Shown piece after piece: positions 37,330 through 49,215 of a DNA stretch of 64,000 nucleotides. The notes under the pieces were generated by a model. The model ran no database searches, was not told where the DNA came from, and was given only the letters and a program-made list of their open reading frames with translations. Both the position numbers and the translations under genes were made by a program. Source of the DNA: Callorhinchus milii. Lineage: Eukaryota. Where the stretch lies: assembly GCF_018977255.1 (NCBI RefSeq), contig NW_024704770.1:620001-684000 (forward strand), given 5' to 3'. How positions within the stretch are numbered: the first letter of the stretch is position 1; each line of letters opens with the position of its first letter.

Positions 37330-38050
37330 TTATGGTATTGTGATGAAGAATCCTATATTCTAAAAGATCCCGACATAAAAAATCTCCTCTTTATATTCTA
37401 CAGTGACTTTCCTGGATGTTTGATCCCGTGTGTATGGATACAATCGCCTTTCACGACATCAGTCTTTCAAAAGCTTCGTACATTTGAGAACTTGTATCTG
37501 CTTCTCTTCCCTATATTCTCTTTTATCTTCTCTTATCACCAGAACAGCCACAATGTTTGAAGCTAATCCTCATCACTGTAATGCCAATCACAAGCATCAT
37601 CTTTGTGATCTTTGTGAAACGGCCTTAAACCGCCTCAGTGGCTCTTATGTCCTTTGTATAATAGTGTCCAGAGCCACACACAGTGCTCCACCCACAATCC
37701 TACTAACTTTATATGTAATTGGCAATCGATTCCTACGAGAAAAAGACAGAATCCATGTTTATGATCTTTTGATATTGTCTCCCATCGATTTGTACTCTCC
37801 AAGTTTTCCCCGTTCCACTACTATCATCATTATTTTCCTGTATTTCCTTTAGTGATTATTTTTCCAAAATATACTTTAACAAACTGCTGTCTCAATATTG
37901 AACTGCATTTCAACCTTTCTGCCAATTCAGCTAAAGGGTCTGTAACTTCATGCAATTCCCCCACGATCTCCCTGACTGTGTCCCTTCCCCCTGTTATGTC
38001 ATCATAAACATTTTGTTGATAGATGGCATTGCCTGTTTCAAGATCGTTAA
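37330..38050 (-). mobile_element. CR1 LINE RT C-terminal fragment, decayed
   Basis: Minus-strand remnants of the CR1 RT C-terminus (EYCVQFW..Y..KDI-type and RFT motifs) with stops and frameshifts. Confidence 0.55.
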
Positions 38051-38439
38051 TGTTGTCAATTTACTTTACAGTGTATTCGCTGAAGCATTTGAGACATCTC
38101 AAAGATGTGATAAATATATCAAATGCAAGGAATATTATTATTATTGTTGTTCTAAAGCAACAGTGGAACCAGCACAAATGTCTAGTGAATCACCTGAAGG
38201 GATTGAGGATTAAGTGTAACAGGAGTCAGCCCTGAGCTCCATTGATTACCGCCTTTGCTGCTTGTGGCCCAGTGAGACTGATTGGGGACGGGATCTGAGA
38301 CTGACCCTCACTGTCAAGGTGATGTTTCGTGGTTCAGAGATTAAAACTTGTGCCATATTATCACAATCTGCAGATTCACTTCAGGCAAAATGGTGACAAT
38401 AATCTGTATTTATCACTGCAATGTATAGAAGGGGTGTGT

Positions 38440-39012
38440 GAGGTGCGTGTGTGTGAGTGTGTGTGGGCCTGGGTGGGTGTGAGTGTGTGTGGGCCTGGGT
38501 GGGTGTGAGTGTGTTTGAGTNNNNNNNNNNNNNNNNNNNNNNNNNNNNNNNNNNNNNNNNNNNNNNNNNNNNNNNNNNNNNNNNNNNNNNNNNNNNNNNN
38601 NNNNNNNNNNNNNNNNNNNNNNNNNNNNNNNNNNNNNNNNNNNNNNNNNTGAGTGTGTGAGGGCCTGGGTGGGTGTGAGTNNNNNNNNNNNNNNNNNNNN
38701 NNNNNNNNNNNNNNNNNNNNNNNNNNNNNNNNNNNNNNNNNNNNNNNNNNNNNNNNNNNNNNNNNNNNNNNNNNNNNNNNNNNNNNNNNNNNNNNNNNNN
38801 NNNNNNNNNNNNNNNNNNNNNNNNNNNNNNNNNNNNNNNNNNNNNNNNNNNNNNNNNNNNNNNNNNNNNNNNNNNNNNNNNTGAGTGTGTGAGGGCCTGG
38901 GTGGGTGTGAGTGTGTGAGGGCCTGGGTGGGTGTGAGTGTGTGTGAGTGTGTGAGGGCCTGGGTGGGTGTGAGTGTGTGTGAGTGTGTGAGGGCCTGGGT
39001 GGGTGTGAGTGT
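38440..39012. repeat. gagtgtgtgagggcctgggtgggtgt minisatellite with two N-gaps (38521-38649, 38681-38881)
   Basis: Tandem units on both sides of the gaps. Confidence 0.9.
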
Positions 39013-39472
39013 CTGTAAATGTACGTGTCACCGGGTGGATGTGAGTATGAATGAGTTTCTTTGTTTGCAATGTGCGAGTATGGCTGACCGTGTGTTTAAG
39101 AGAATATGTTGTTGTATCTGCATTTGTTTCTGTTTGTAAGAAGCATTGATTTTAAGAGGAAATGTAGACATAAAGATTATAGTTTACATCCGCGATGTTG
39201 TTATGTGTTACGCGATGTTATTCAGTGAAAAAGAACGTCTCCTGGAAGGGAACAGGTGTAGATGTGCGGCACAATTCCAAAACAAGAGGCAAATAAAATC
39301 CAGTGTGAGATTGGATTGTAACTAGTGATGGACAACGATTTGGGACTGTTCTATTAACTTGATACCAAGGACCCTTCAAACAAAAATGTCTCATTCCTCA
39401 CTCTGGAAATTGTCAGTGTAATTAATTGTAAATCATCCCCTCTGTACCTGACTCATAAATACAACAATGATC

Positions 39473-39478
39473 TTTATT
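39473..39478 (-). promoter_or_regulatory. Poly(A) signal for secreted IgM mRNA
   Basis: AATAAA on the minus strand ~90 nt after the secretory stop. Confidence 0.7.
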
Positions 39479-39567
39479 TGAGTTAATTTTTCGGAACTCC
39501 CAACTGACAATGCAATGGTCGGGAGGCGGGTGCACAAAAGGCTAAGCAAAATGGTATTGAGCGACGC

Positions 39568-39959
39568 TCATTGACACGCATTCACGGTGTCCATCAGGAC
39601 CAGAGAAATGTTTACAAAACTCGGTTTACCGCTGGATTTGTTAACGGTTCTGGTCAGGGTCTTCAGTGGGAAAGCCTCATGTCCGACCACACAGGAGTAG
39701 GAGCTTCCTCTGTCCCACTCTCCGGCTGAGATGGATAACATGCTGTACATGGAGTAGTGGTGATGTGCACTGTCTGCCATCACCTCAGTGCTCTTGTAGT
39801 TTGTGGCATCAATCACCTGGTCATTCACAGTCCACTGCACAAAGATCTCTTTGGGAGTGAAGTCCTTGACCAGGCAGGTGAGGGTGACAGACAGCTGAGC
39901 AGACAATTCTTCTGCCGAGGGGAGGAGGAGATACACTGAAGGTTGTTTTGTGTACTCAA
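39568..39959 (-). CDS. IGHM: IgM Cmu4 plus secretory tailpiece
   Basis: cccacag|TT. C1-set domain ending [20 protein letters not shown] with NIS glycan site and penultimate Cys. Internal donor AGCG|gtaaa at 39630 serves the membrane form. Confidence 0.97.
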
Positions 39960-40426
39960 CTGTGGGAAGAACACAATCAAATCAATACACTGATGCCGTC
40001 AATCAGAGAAAACTTTCAAACAGAAGATTCTGCAGATAAAGGTTAGAATAATGTGTGTCTGTGTTCAGGCTGTGCTCAGTGGTTTGTAACTGTTGGTGTA
40101 ACTGGGAACACTGGTGTGGATTGAAATCTCCCGACAGATCTTTATTATTTGCCCCCAGTGGTTTACATGTGATACCTTTTCTCCTGAAAACATGTATAAA
40201 TATCCTTCAGCAACAAAGATTGGATTATTTTTGATATTATTCATGTGAGTGAATCAACTTATATCTATATATATTTTCTGACCTTTGTGAGAGGGGACAA
40301 ATCTATCAATACAAACAGGAAAAAAACAGAGGCATTTTATAATTGTTTTCACAATTGTATCTGTTGTTGACATTCTGAAACTACAATATACAAATAAAAT
40401 GTTTCTCCTGAATCCTGACTGCTCAC

Positions 40427-40738
40427 CTGTCCTCTTAAATGTCTTCTCTCTGATGGGAGTCGGCATATCGTCATGGCTAGCAATGCAGAAGAATTCTTTC
40501 CCATCATTCCAGTCTTGTGTAGAAATGTTTAATTTACTGATGACTTCCTGAGGATCATTGGCAGATGGTTTCCCATATCCAGACTGTAAATGTGTCTTTC
40601 CTTGCGTCCAAGTCACATTGACGTGAAGTGGTGCGTTAGCCACTACACATGTCAGCGTTACATAGCATTCCATCAAAACCTGTTCCTGTGACGGTGGCAG
40701 GAAATAGACCTTAACATCTCCACAGGGATCCATGCATT
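40427..40738 (-). CDS. IGHM: IgM Cmu3
   Basis: ttttctag|AA...ACAG|gtgag. ECMDPCGDVKVYFLPP...TLTCVV...W...FFCIASH. Confidence 0.95.
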
Positions 40739-41046
40739 CTAGAAAAGGAAAAGAAACTTGAAACACAAATAACAGCCAATATCCAGGATTTCATATTCGT
40801 TCAAGTTAAACAATGACTGAACATGAAGGTGATGAACACGTTGTATAGTTTGATAAACTTTGGTTCAAAGCTGACATGTGCATTGCTCCCAGTAAAATAT
40901 CCAAAAGGGGTGCAATGCAAAGTGCCGTTCGAGCTCCCACAAGCAATAATAATAATAATAATGCTTGCATTTGATATAGAGCCTAATCACATCTTCGAGT
41001 CATCGCAATTGACTGTATATTTTGTGGGCAAAATGCAGCCTCTTAC

Positions 41047-41376
41047 CTGAGGATTTGGTGATGTTCTTGACAATGATGGTCTGGGTGGGTCCATGGGACA
41101 CCTGGCAGGTGTAAACCGCGCCACTCCCCCACTCTATGGCGGGGACAGTCAGACGGCTGCTGGTGCTGAATGTCCCGTTGTCTTCTTTAACCGACGGAGA
41201 GGTCACAGCACCTGAGGTTATGGGCTGCCAGTCTTTCAGCCATTTAACACTGAGTTTGTCCGGATGGAAACCGAATATTGAACAGACAGCAGTGGCCGGT
41301 TTGTGCATTGTGATGTCTTCAGGTGAAGACTGTGTGAGGATAACAATTGGGGGCAACGGTTTCTGGAATACATGAT
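41047..41376 (-). CDS. IGHM: IgM Cmu2
   Basis: gttgcag|AT...TCAG|gtaaga. [10 protein letters not shown]...[10 protein letters not shown]...WLK...YTCQVSH. Confidence 0.95.
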
Positions 41377-42008
41377 CTGCAACACATTAAATAATAGGTT
41401 AGGTTTTGTTCAATGGAAATATTATTGTTGTGTACAATTGATATTGATATTAATCTTGAAACAGATATTGATCTCAGCCACAGAGTGGAAACTTCCCACT
41501 AAATACTTATCTCTTTCAATCTTCCCATTAAATCCCTACCATTAGAAAGATAAACACTGAAATCTCCTCAATCATTGCATCCAATATATTGCACTAAACT
41601 CTAAAGTGGGAGTTGAAAACTTTTCTATTCTCCTTCTCTTGTTGCCTATCATTGAGCATTCCTCAAGTCTTGCTCTCCAAAGCGAGTTCACTCTCCTTCT
41701 CTGAGTCTCACCTTCCCTCTGTCCAGTTTGTGTTGTATCTGTTCCTTGTCATGCTATTTTCCTATCTATCCCCATCCATTAAAACTGTTTCGAGTACTTT
41801 CTATCGTGTTCATATCTGCCCATTATCTCCGGATAAAGCAGCACTCGGGAAATCACATCATGAGGCCATTGCAGATGCTCTGTGATGGGAGAGTTCAAAT
41901 AACCGAGCAAGAAAAGTGACATTCCCAATCCTACAACGTTGAGTGTTCTACCCTTAATAATGTGGGAGCAACATGTTTGATTGCTCTGTAACTTGGCACC
42001 ACACTGAC

Positions 42009-42317
42009 CTGGCACGGGGATAGCCACGGGTGGCCAGTTGTTGCTTTTCTGCTCAACCTTACAATGGATGTTGTCATTTTCCAGCTGCGATACAGCGATT
42101 GTTAACTCGCTGCTCAGAGTGTAGAGACCGTTCTTGTTGAACACTGAGGGATAAGTCTTGACTTGGTCAGTGATGAGGCCTTTATCTGACGTCCAGGTGA
42201 GAGTGGCCGGTTCGGAGTTGTATTCGGTGGCCAGACACCCGAGAGTCACTGAGCCGCTGGAAGGGGATTGTCCACAGGTTGGCAACAGGAAGTAAACACT
42301 GGGAGGAGACGGGACAG
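42009..42317 (-). CDS. IGHM: IgM Cmu1
   Basis: ggtttccag|CT...CCAG|gtcagt. PSVYFLLPTC...LGCLA...W...KTYPSV...YTLSSEL...HC. Confidence 0.95.
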
Positions 42318-42471
42318 CTGGAAACCAAGAGGGAAATAACCAAATTACATTCCAGGTTCTACACCTCTCCAATTTGGTCAGTCACACAGATAAACTGAAC
42401 TGAACCTGTGATCCAAATCAATCCAAATGTACGTATGTGTGTAGGTATGTATGTATGTATGTATGTATGTA

Positions 42472-42502
<31 letters not shown>

Positions 42503-43310
42503 ATGTATGTATGTGTGTATGTATGTATGTGTGTTTTGATTTGAGATGTTAAACTGGGACCCTTTCTGCCTTAAGTTGAATGTTAAAGATCCAATGGGAC
42601 TATTTGAAAACAGAAAGGAGTTCTCTGTCTCTTTCTTTCCGGATGTCCTGGTCAACAATTCCCCAAATATTATTGGCCACTCCCTCTACACCTGTTTGTG
42701 GGACATTGTTGTGCACAACTGCTTCTGAGTTTTGCCACAAAATACAATCAATCCACTTTACATTATATCCAGTGAAGCGCTTTGAGACGTCTCACTGACA
42801 TCATTGGCTCTGTACCTGAAGCAATGAATATTATTGTATTAATGTGTGCATGACTGTGTGTGTACTGTGTGTGCACGCTCGCTGGAGTTGTGCACTGAGA
42901 CAGAGGTTTTCATTCAAGGAGAAAAATAGACTTAATGTTTTTTCATCTTTGTCTTTGTTTGTATGTATAAACACAGTGAATGGAGGTGGTGTGGGGGTGT
43001 CGAGGGGTGTGGGGGGGTGGGGGGGTTGGGGGTGGTGGTGTGGGGTGGGTGGGGTGGGTGTGGTGGTGTGGGGGGGTGGGTGGGGTGGGTGGGTGGCAGG
43101 AGCTGCATGGTCTCCAAGGTCACACACATTTGCAAATACTGTTTAAATTTAAGATCCCAATAATGTTGGTTCAGCTGTGTCTGTCTGTCTGTGAAAGCGA
43201 GAAACTGCTCATCTACACAACTAAGTCTCGACTGTCTGTCTGTCTGTCTCTGTGCTGTGGATCTCACTCTCAGTTCCCTGAGCTATAGCCGGACATTCTC
43301 CGGCTCATTT

Positions 43311-43385
43311 CAGCTGTGAAATGGTTAAATAAAGGCAGAGGTGTCTGTCCGGGAATCTGTTGTCAGTGACGCTGCATCGACTGAG
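43311..43385. repeat. ~75-bp element repeated in the J-C intron (second copy 44632-44704)
   Basis: Shared blocks cagct.tgaaatggttaaataaaggcagaggt and tgtcagtgacgctgcat.gact. Confidence 0.8.
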
Positions 43386-43737
43386 TAACAGCTCAAAGTC
43401 CCCTCGTGACCAGTTTAATGCAGAGAATCAGACAGTGTCTCTGTGGTTATAACATTAATTATAAACCATCCCAGACTCAAATATTTACTGCTCTTCCTCC
43501 GAGGAACTTTGTTTAAAGATTTAAGGTCTTGTGGCATTTTGAAAAGCAGCTGAAATCAATTGCTTTCCTTTAATTTGCAAATCCTCTATTGAATTAGACA
43601 ATAAATATTGATTTCAAGATTATTCAGACTCAGCATAATCTTATATTTTTATGCAATCATCTGAAAATGAAAAACACGAGCCTTTCAGGCTCTGACATGG
43701 ATTAAAGCGGTTACTCTGTTCAGATTGGTTACAGAAT

Positions 43738-43939
43738 AAACCCTCCAAAAAAACAAAATAATAATAAATTGGTCATTTTCAATCTACGACTGTTTGTGGG
43801 ACATTGCTGTACGCAATTGGCTGCCGCGTTCGCCCACAAATATACAGTCAATTCACTTTACAGTGTGTTCTGTGAAGCGCTTTGGGACGTCCTCCCGACG
43901 TGAAAAGCGTTATATCAAATGCAAGGATTATTATTATTA
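43738..43939 (+). mobile_element. 5'-truncated SINE with 27-bp target-site duplication
   Basis: ttactctgttcagattggttacagaat at 43711-43737 and 43940-43966. Confidence 0.85.
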
Positions 43940-44121
43940 TTACTCTGTTCAGATTGGTTACAGAATCGTCACAGCCAATTTCGCACCTGACAGCTGCTGT
44001 GTGGTGTTAGAAATAGTACATTCATTATTTATCTGATTATTGATGGATTTTGGTCTCTATTTAACTCTTTTATCCACAAAACTAGAGAGACCGTATATTG
44101 GTCAGGTTCAGTGTTTCACAT

Positions 44122-44456
44122 AATAACAATAATAATAATAATAATCGTTGCATTTGATATAGCGCTTTACACGTCGGGAGGACATCCCAAAGCGCTTCAC
44201 AGAATATACTTTAAAGTGAATTGACTGTATATTTGTGGGCGAACGTGGCAGCCAATTGCACACAGCAATGTCCCACAAACAGTCGTAGATTGAAAATGAC
44301 CAATTTATTATTTTTTTTGTTTGTTTTTTGGAGGGATTATTATTAGGCTCTGTGTGGAGTAAGGAAACTTGCCCGAGGTTTGGCCCTCTGCCTGGAATTG
44401 AACTCAGGTCTCTCACTTGCAAAGCGAGTGCTCTAACCACTGAGCTACAGGACTCC
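44122..44456 (-). mobile_element. Full-length SINE, inverted relative to 43738-43939
   Basis: Same family as 33758-34076. Confidence 0.9.
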
Positions 44457-46815
44457 GAGGCTATATACATGAGGAATGAAGGACTGTTCTCAGTGTTGTG
44501 CCCAGGACAAGCCTCTCACAGGGAATCCTGTCTGACTGGTGACTGTGATCAGGGGAACCTGCAGCAGCCGCAGCCCAGCGCGGAACGGAGACACAGAAAT
44601 AGCCACATTTACGAGTATCTGTGTCACACATCAGCTCTGAAATGGTTAAATAAAGGCAGAGGTCGCTGTGCGGGGGTTTGATGTCAGTGACGCTGCATTG
44701 ACTAAGGAGCAAAACACTTTTACATTCATATATCGGAATATAATTATTATAATAATTCCTGCATTTGATGTAGTCCCTCACCACATCTTCGAGACGTCTC
44801 AAAGCGCAACACAGAATATAATGGATTCAGTCACCAAATTATTATTATTTTGAAGGGATTATTAGCCTCGGAAAAGCGATCCGTGAATGCACTGAAAATG
44901 GGTTCCTGCTGACTGCTGGTAAACAGCGGTGTGTGGGGTCAGGAAACTTGCCCAAAGTTTGGCCCTGACCTGTCGGGAATCAAACCCGGGGCCTCTCGCT
45001 TGTGCGGCGAGTGCTGTAACCACTGAGCTACAGGACTTCACAGAATGGATAACATTCTGCTTTGCTTCACAGTCTGTATTAACCTGAATTGTCTCAGATT
45101 TCTGGGGTGACAGTTAGATGTCCTGTTGTCATGTTGTGGTCATGTCACCCAGACTGACAGACAGAGGCAGTGGTGTAGACACTGGACAGCAAGTGGGATG
45201 GGATCTGTGGGGCTGTTCCCTGACCCCCGGACACCGGGTTGTTAGTGATAAATAAATTGAATAAAACGTTGATTTGATAAAACCAGAGACTAATCTCACA
45301 CTGGAAGACCATTCTCTCTTTACCTTCAGATTTGGTGGAAGTGTTTAATAACCTTAAATTCACTTTAAATTTGGAATCCGGTTCTCCTTAAGGACTCAGG
45401 AAACCTGTTTCAGACATCACACGGAATATAACAATTGTTCACAATTCTGCGCGATTTTACACTTTACCACAAAATGGTCTCCACACGGCCTGAGGGTCAG
45501 TGGGTTTCTCAGCCTCTGGGAAGATATTTATCAAAACAAACCTTCCCATTGCCCTTTCCTCCCCCGGGGTCTGAGGGTCAAACATGAACCCAACTCCACA
45601 CAGTCAGACATCGCGGTTCAGCCGTTTGCTGTTCCACCGCTCAATGCCGTTTAATCACAACGCGAACTCTCACATCTCAAACACAAACGGTTTCCATCCA
45701 ATAACCCACATGTTACTCTATATTCCCTTTCCCTCTGAGAGCGGAAGCCCTCAGTAACTGCACAGCAGCGCACACACTGTCCTTCCACATCACACATGAA
45801 GCACTGGACACTGTGCGATGTCACTCACACTCACAATTCCCCGCAGCGCAAACAGTGACACAGAACAACTAAATCATATATTTACAGTCAAATGACAAAC
45901 TGCTTCCTTTCACCCTCATCTCTGCCGACTCTGGAGTGTGAGCTGATCATCTCTGAAATCATTAGTTTGGTGTCAGTGACCAGTGTCACTGTGTGTTAAC
46001 CATCTCATAAACAACTGGATCTCTGACATTGCAGCTGTAATTCAGACTTTACCATTTGTTTATTGATAAAATCTGTGTTTTTCTGCAGAGCAGTTGGTGT
46101 AAAACAGGAAGATGATGATTATAGATCAACACCGACCTCTTGTGTCTGATCACTGTGAGGAATCGAGGTCTTGTTCACTCGATTGCTGTTAAAATCAATT
46201 GAAATGAAGTCTGAGCTCAAACTGTCACTGACTAAAATTCGCTATTATTTCTGTAACATCCGTGTAGATTGAGTCGCTGTATTTTCAATCACATCCCCGC
46301 AGTATAAACCCGTTTTACTCTCAGACTCACCCCCACTCCCAGATGAGCAGCTTTAAACCGCAGCCAAGTTCCTTATATTAAATGATGGATTGAAATACAC
46401 GTTGGAAGTGATCAGATAACCTTCCGTCACTCATCCGCAACATTCAGGCCCTGATTCCCAACACGTGGACATAGTTTCAAACAGATTTATACATTTCCTG
46501 ACGATATTATACACGAAAAACACAGCCATCAGTCACTGCGACCAGACATTGAGGAAAGTCCATCAGTTAAACCTCAGCTGATATTCACAAACCACCAAAA
46601 ATATCACCATCAATGAATTAAACATTGAGAGAATAATTCATAAAGGAACAGTGACTGTTGAAAGCAACAACAGCTGAACCCCTTTAACGTGCATTAAACT
46701 CTGAGAAAGCCGAGCAACGCGGAGCTCATTAAATGCAATAGCTGTTAAAGTGAACAAAACAAACGTATAAAGAGACAAGTTCAGTGCAGTGAGTGACTCA
46801 GTGTCTGTTTCTTAC

Positions 46816-46863
46816 CGTTAGTCACAGTCACGATGGTGCCTCGTCCCCAGTAGTCAAGGTAGT
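46816..46863 (-). CDS. IGHJ: JH segment (YLDYWGRGTIVTVTN)
   Basis: WGxG motif; donor AACG|gtaag, phase 1 to Cmu1. Confidence 0.95.
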
Positions 46864-46901
46864 CACTGTGCTCCAGTCAGTGGCCGCCCACTGCAACAAC
46901 C
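46864..46901 (+). other. JH recombination signal (22-nt spacer)
   Basis: cactgtg-22-gcaacaacc. Confidence 0.85.
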
Positions 46902-47244
46902 TACTGTGAGGGCAGAGCACACACACACAATATTACTGTCAATGTTGGCTTCCCCCAAACCAAATGCAGGTCACCATATATTGCTGTAATGTTCTGAGAA
47001 CTATTGCCCCTCTCTCTCAGTGTTTACCTGTTAAATGTTTGTGTGTTTGCCAGTTTGCAGTGTTCCTGCCAAACACCTTTTCTTGTCACCATCAGATTCA
47101 AGATTACATTTTATGTTTTATGTCCATTAAAATATGGTAAAATCCTCAGCGATCGGCACCATTTTCAAAAGACCAAATCCCCGCACATTCATTGGGACCC
47201 ACACAAGCGAACAGTGAGAGAGATTGTCTGGTTTGGTGTTGAAG

Positions 47245-47311
47245 AGTTTTTGTATTGACAGTGAATGCTGTGGTCCATGTTGACACAGTGATACTCACTG
47301 TGACACAAACT
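47245..47311 (-). other. IGHD: D2 segment (47273-47283, tcaacatggac) with 12/12 RSSs
   Basis: agtttttgt-12-tgctgtg [D] cacagtg-12-acacaaact on the + strand. Confidence 0.9.
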
Positions 47312-47621
47312 CCTGAACAGGATGATCTAATAAATATTGACCTGGAATTTCAGACAACGACTGGACCTCAGCTCAGATTCTCCAGTGAAGCCTCAAGTGA
47401 TGTTTCAGTCAAAATAAATGCTGCTGTTTATCAAAGACTTTGGATTAATGTTCGGGCAGAATCCCAGACCTCAATCTTGTTATCAACATCCTGTAATCTA
47501 ATTTAATCTGAAATCATCTGTAAAATACCAGGTTCGTTCTGAGAATGCCCACGTTCAGTAACATTTATTTTGGTGCTGTGGGTGTTGTAGTGATGACTGG
47601 GGTCAGCGGGCTCTCTGGTGG

Positions 47622-47699
47622 GGTTTTTGTATGAGGAGGTGACTGTGTGCAGCATTGTGACTCCCGGTACACACAGTGACACAGTCCCATACAAATACT
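47622..47699 (-). other. IGHD: D1 segment (47660-47671, tgtaccgggagt) with V-side 12-RSS and J-side 22-RSS
   Basis: ggtttttgt-22-cattgtg [D] cacagtg-12-acaaatact on the + strand. Confidence 0.9.
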
Positions 47700-48116
47700 G
47701 ACCCCCAATGTTGGCTCAGTACCGGCTGCCAAAATTGACTGAAAGGGACTATTGTCCTCTGACGTGACGTAGAGTCTGTCTAATAGTTTCTTCATATCCA
47801 GAGAAACAGAAAGCAATGATGTCCAACAGCTTGTAACAAGATGATGTGTGTGAACCGTCACATAGTCAGTCTCCAATCGCAGTCCTTCCCACCTCAACAG
47901 TAGTGTCACTGACCATCTGAAATCACAGAATATTACAGCACAAATCAGCAGCTCATTCACCCCAATCAAACCACGATTCACTGTGTAGGTTTAGTCTGAG
48001 AATAAATCCATCTTCAGCTTTTCCTTCAAACTTGGCTACAGACACAGCATTGACACCATGGATGTCCATCAGTCAGTTTAGGGTGGGAGGGGCTGCCTTA
48101 GCCTTTCCACCCCTTG

Positions 48117-48155
48117 AGTATTTGTAGGAGTTTAGCCCCATTTCCTCTCACTGTG
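48117..48155 (-). other. VH recombination signal (23-nt spacer)
   Basis: cacagtg-agaggaaatggggctaaactcct-acaaatact on the minus strand. Confidence 0.95.
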
Positions 48156-48461
48156 AGTTTCTTGCACAGTAATAGATGGCGGTGTCCTCCACTGTCGGGC
48201 TTTTGATGATCAAATCGAAGATGTTATTGGAATTCTCTTTGATGACAGTGACACGGTTTTGAATACCAGGCGCATAGTACTGGTAGGCTGAGCTGTGATA
48301 CATGAGGAGCCATTCCAGCCCCTTCCCAGGAACCTGCCGGACCCAACTCATGTAGTAGCCACTGAGATCAAAGCCGCTGGTTTTACAGGTCAGTAGCAGG
48401 GCCTGGCCAGGCTTCCCGGTTAGAGACGACGGCTGTGTCAGCACCACATCGGCCTGGACAT
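48156..48461 (-). CDS. IGHV: VH exon, intact
   Basis: ccttacag|[13 protein letters not shown]...LTCKTSGF...[12 protein letters not shown]...[10 protein letters not shown]. Confidence 0.97.
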
Positions 48462-48577
48462 CTGTAAGGAATAAATGACCGAAGATGAATGATGGCGAAA
48501 TCTCCTGTCTCTGTGACGTTGCAGAGAGAATAACACCAACACAGGAACAGTGAGACTGTCAGAATAATAGTACTCAC

Positions 48578-48623
48578 GGGAGAAGACAGCCAGCAGCAGA
48601 CTGAGAGACATCAGGGACCTCAT
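48578..48623 (-). CDS. IGHV: VH leader exon (MRSLMSLSLLLAVFS)
   Basis: ATG, hydrophobic signal peptide, donor C|gtgagt phase 1. Confidence 0.93.
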
Positions 48624-48714
48624 GTTTCTGGCCACTTGTCAGAACTGAGACTTGTGCCGAATAACCGAGGGCCAAAGAGCTGCCGGACAGATGGCCTCAG
48701 TCCCCAGTGACCGC

Positions 48715-48786
48715 TATTTAACAAGGCCCAGTGGGGCAGGGGGTTGAGAATGGACCAATAGCTCCAGGACTGAGGGGAGTCACGTG
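48715..48786 (-). promoter_or_regulatory. Putative VH promoter: TATA-like TTAAATA (48715-48721), CCAAT (48755-48759), E-box CACGTG (48781-48786)
   Basis: Motifs lie 90-165 nt upstream of the ATG. No exact octamer seen. Confidence 0.5.
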
Positions 48787-48959
48787 TCACATTCCCTCTG
48801 ATCTGCACAGAGCAATAATTGTACCTTTACATTCTGCATTTACAGCAAATTAATATTAATATAAGTCTCAATAGTATTAGCCCTCGCGCTCACCCTGAAG
48901 CATCGGCAATTGCTTCCTTCCAGGTGTTTGTGTGTATGTGTGTGTGTGGGGGGGTCGGG

Positions 48960-49215
48960 GGGAGGGGATCAACTCTAAATAAAACTGCAGAAGCACTATC
49001 CAGGGAGCGAGTGGTAAAGGTTCGGAACAGACTCCCTGAGGAGACGGTGGAAGCAGAAAGTCTCAATTCTTTCTGAAGCAATTTAGTTCATTACTTTTAG
49101 TAAATAATAACATGGGATACAGTATATTGTTTGGGACATTGCGTGTTCCTGTGACACCCAGAATGGTGGATGGTGAGCAAAGTGATCTTTTTTGTCGAGC
49201 AATTCTTATGTTCTT
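48960..49215 (+). mobile_element. CR1 LINE 3' end fragment
   Basis: Degenerate RVV..WN.LP..VEA-type remnant and ttcttatgttc tail. Confidence 0.55.

Noticed and set aside
42318-46815. Search for a class-switch region or additional J segments in the J-C intron
   Set aside because: Only SINEs, (gtat)n and G-rich simple repeats were seen. No AGCT-rich switch array or second WGxG segment with an RSS was found.
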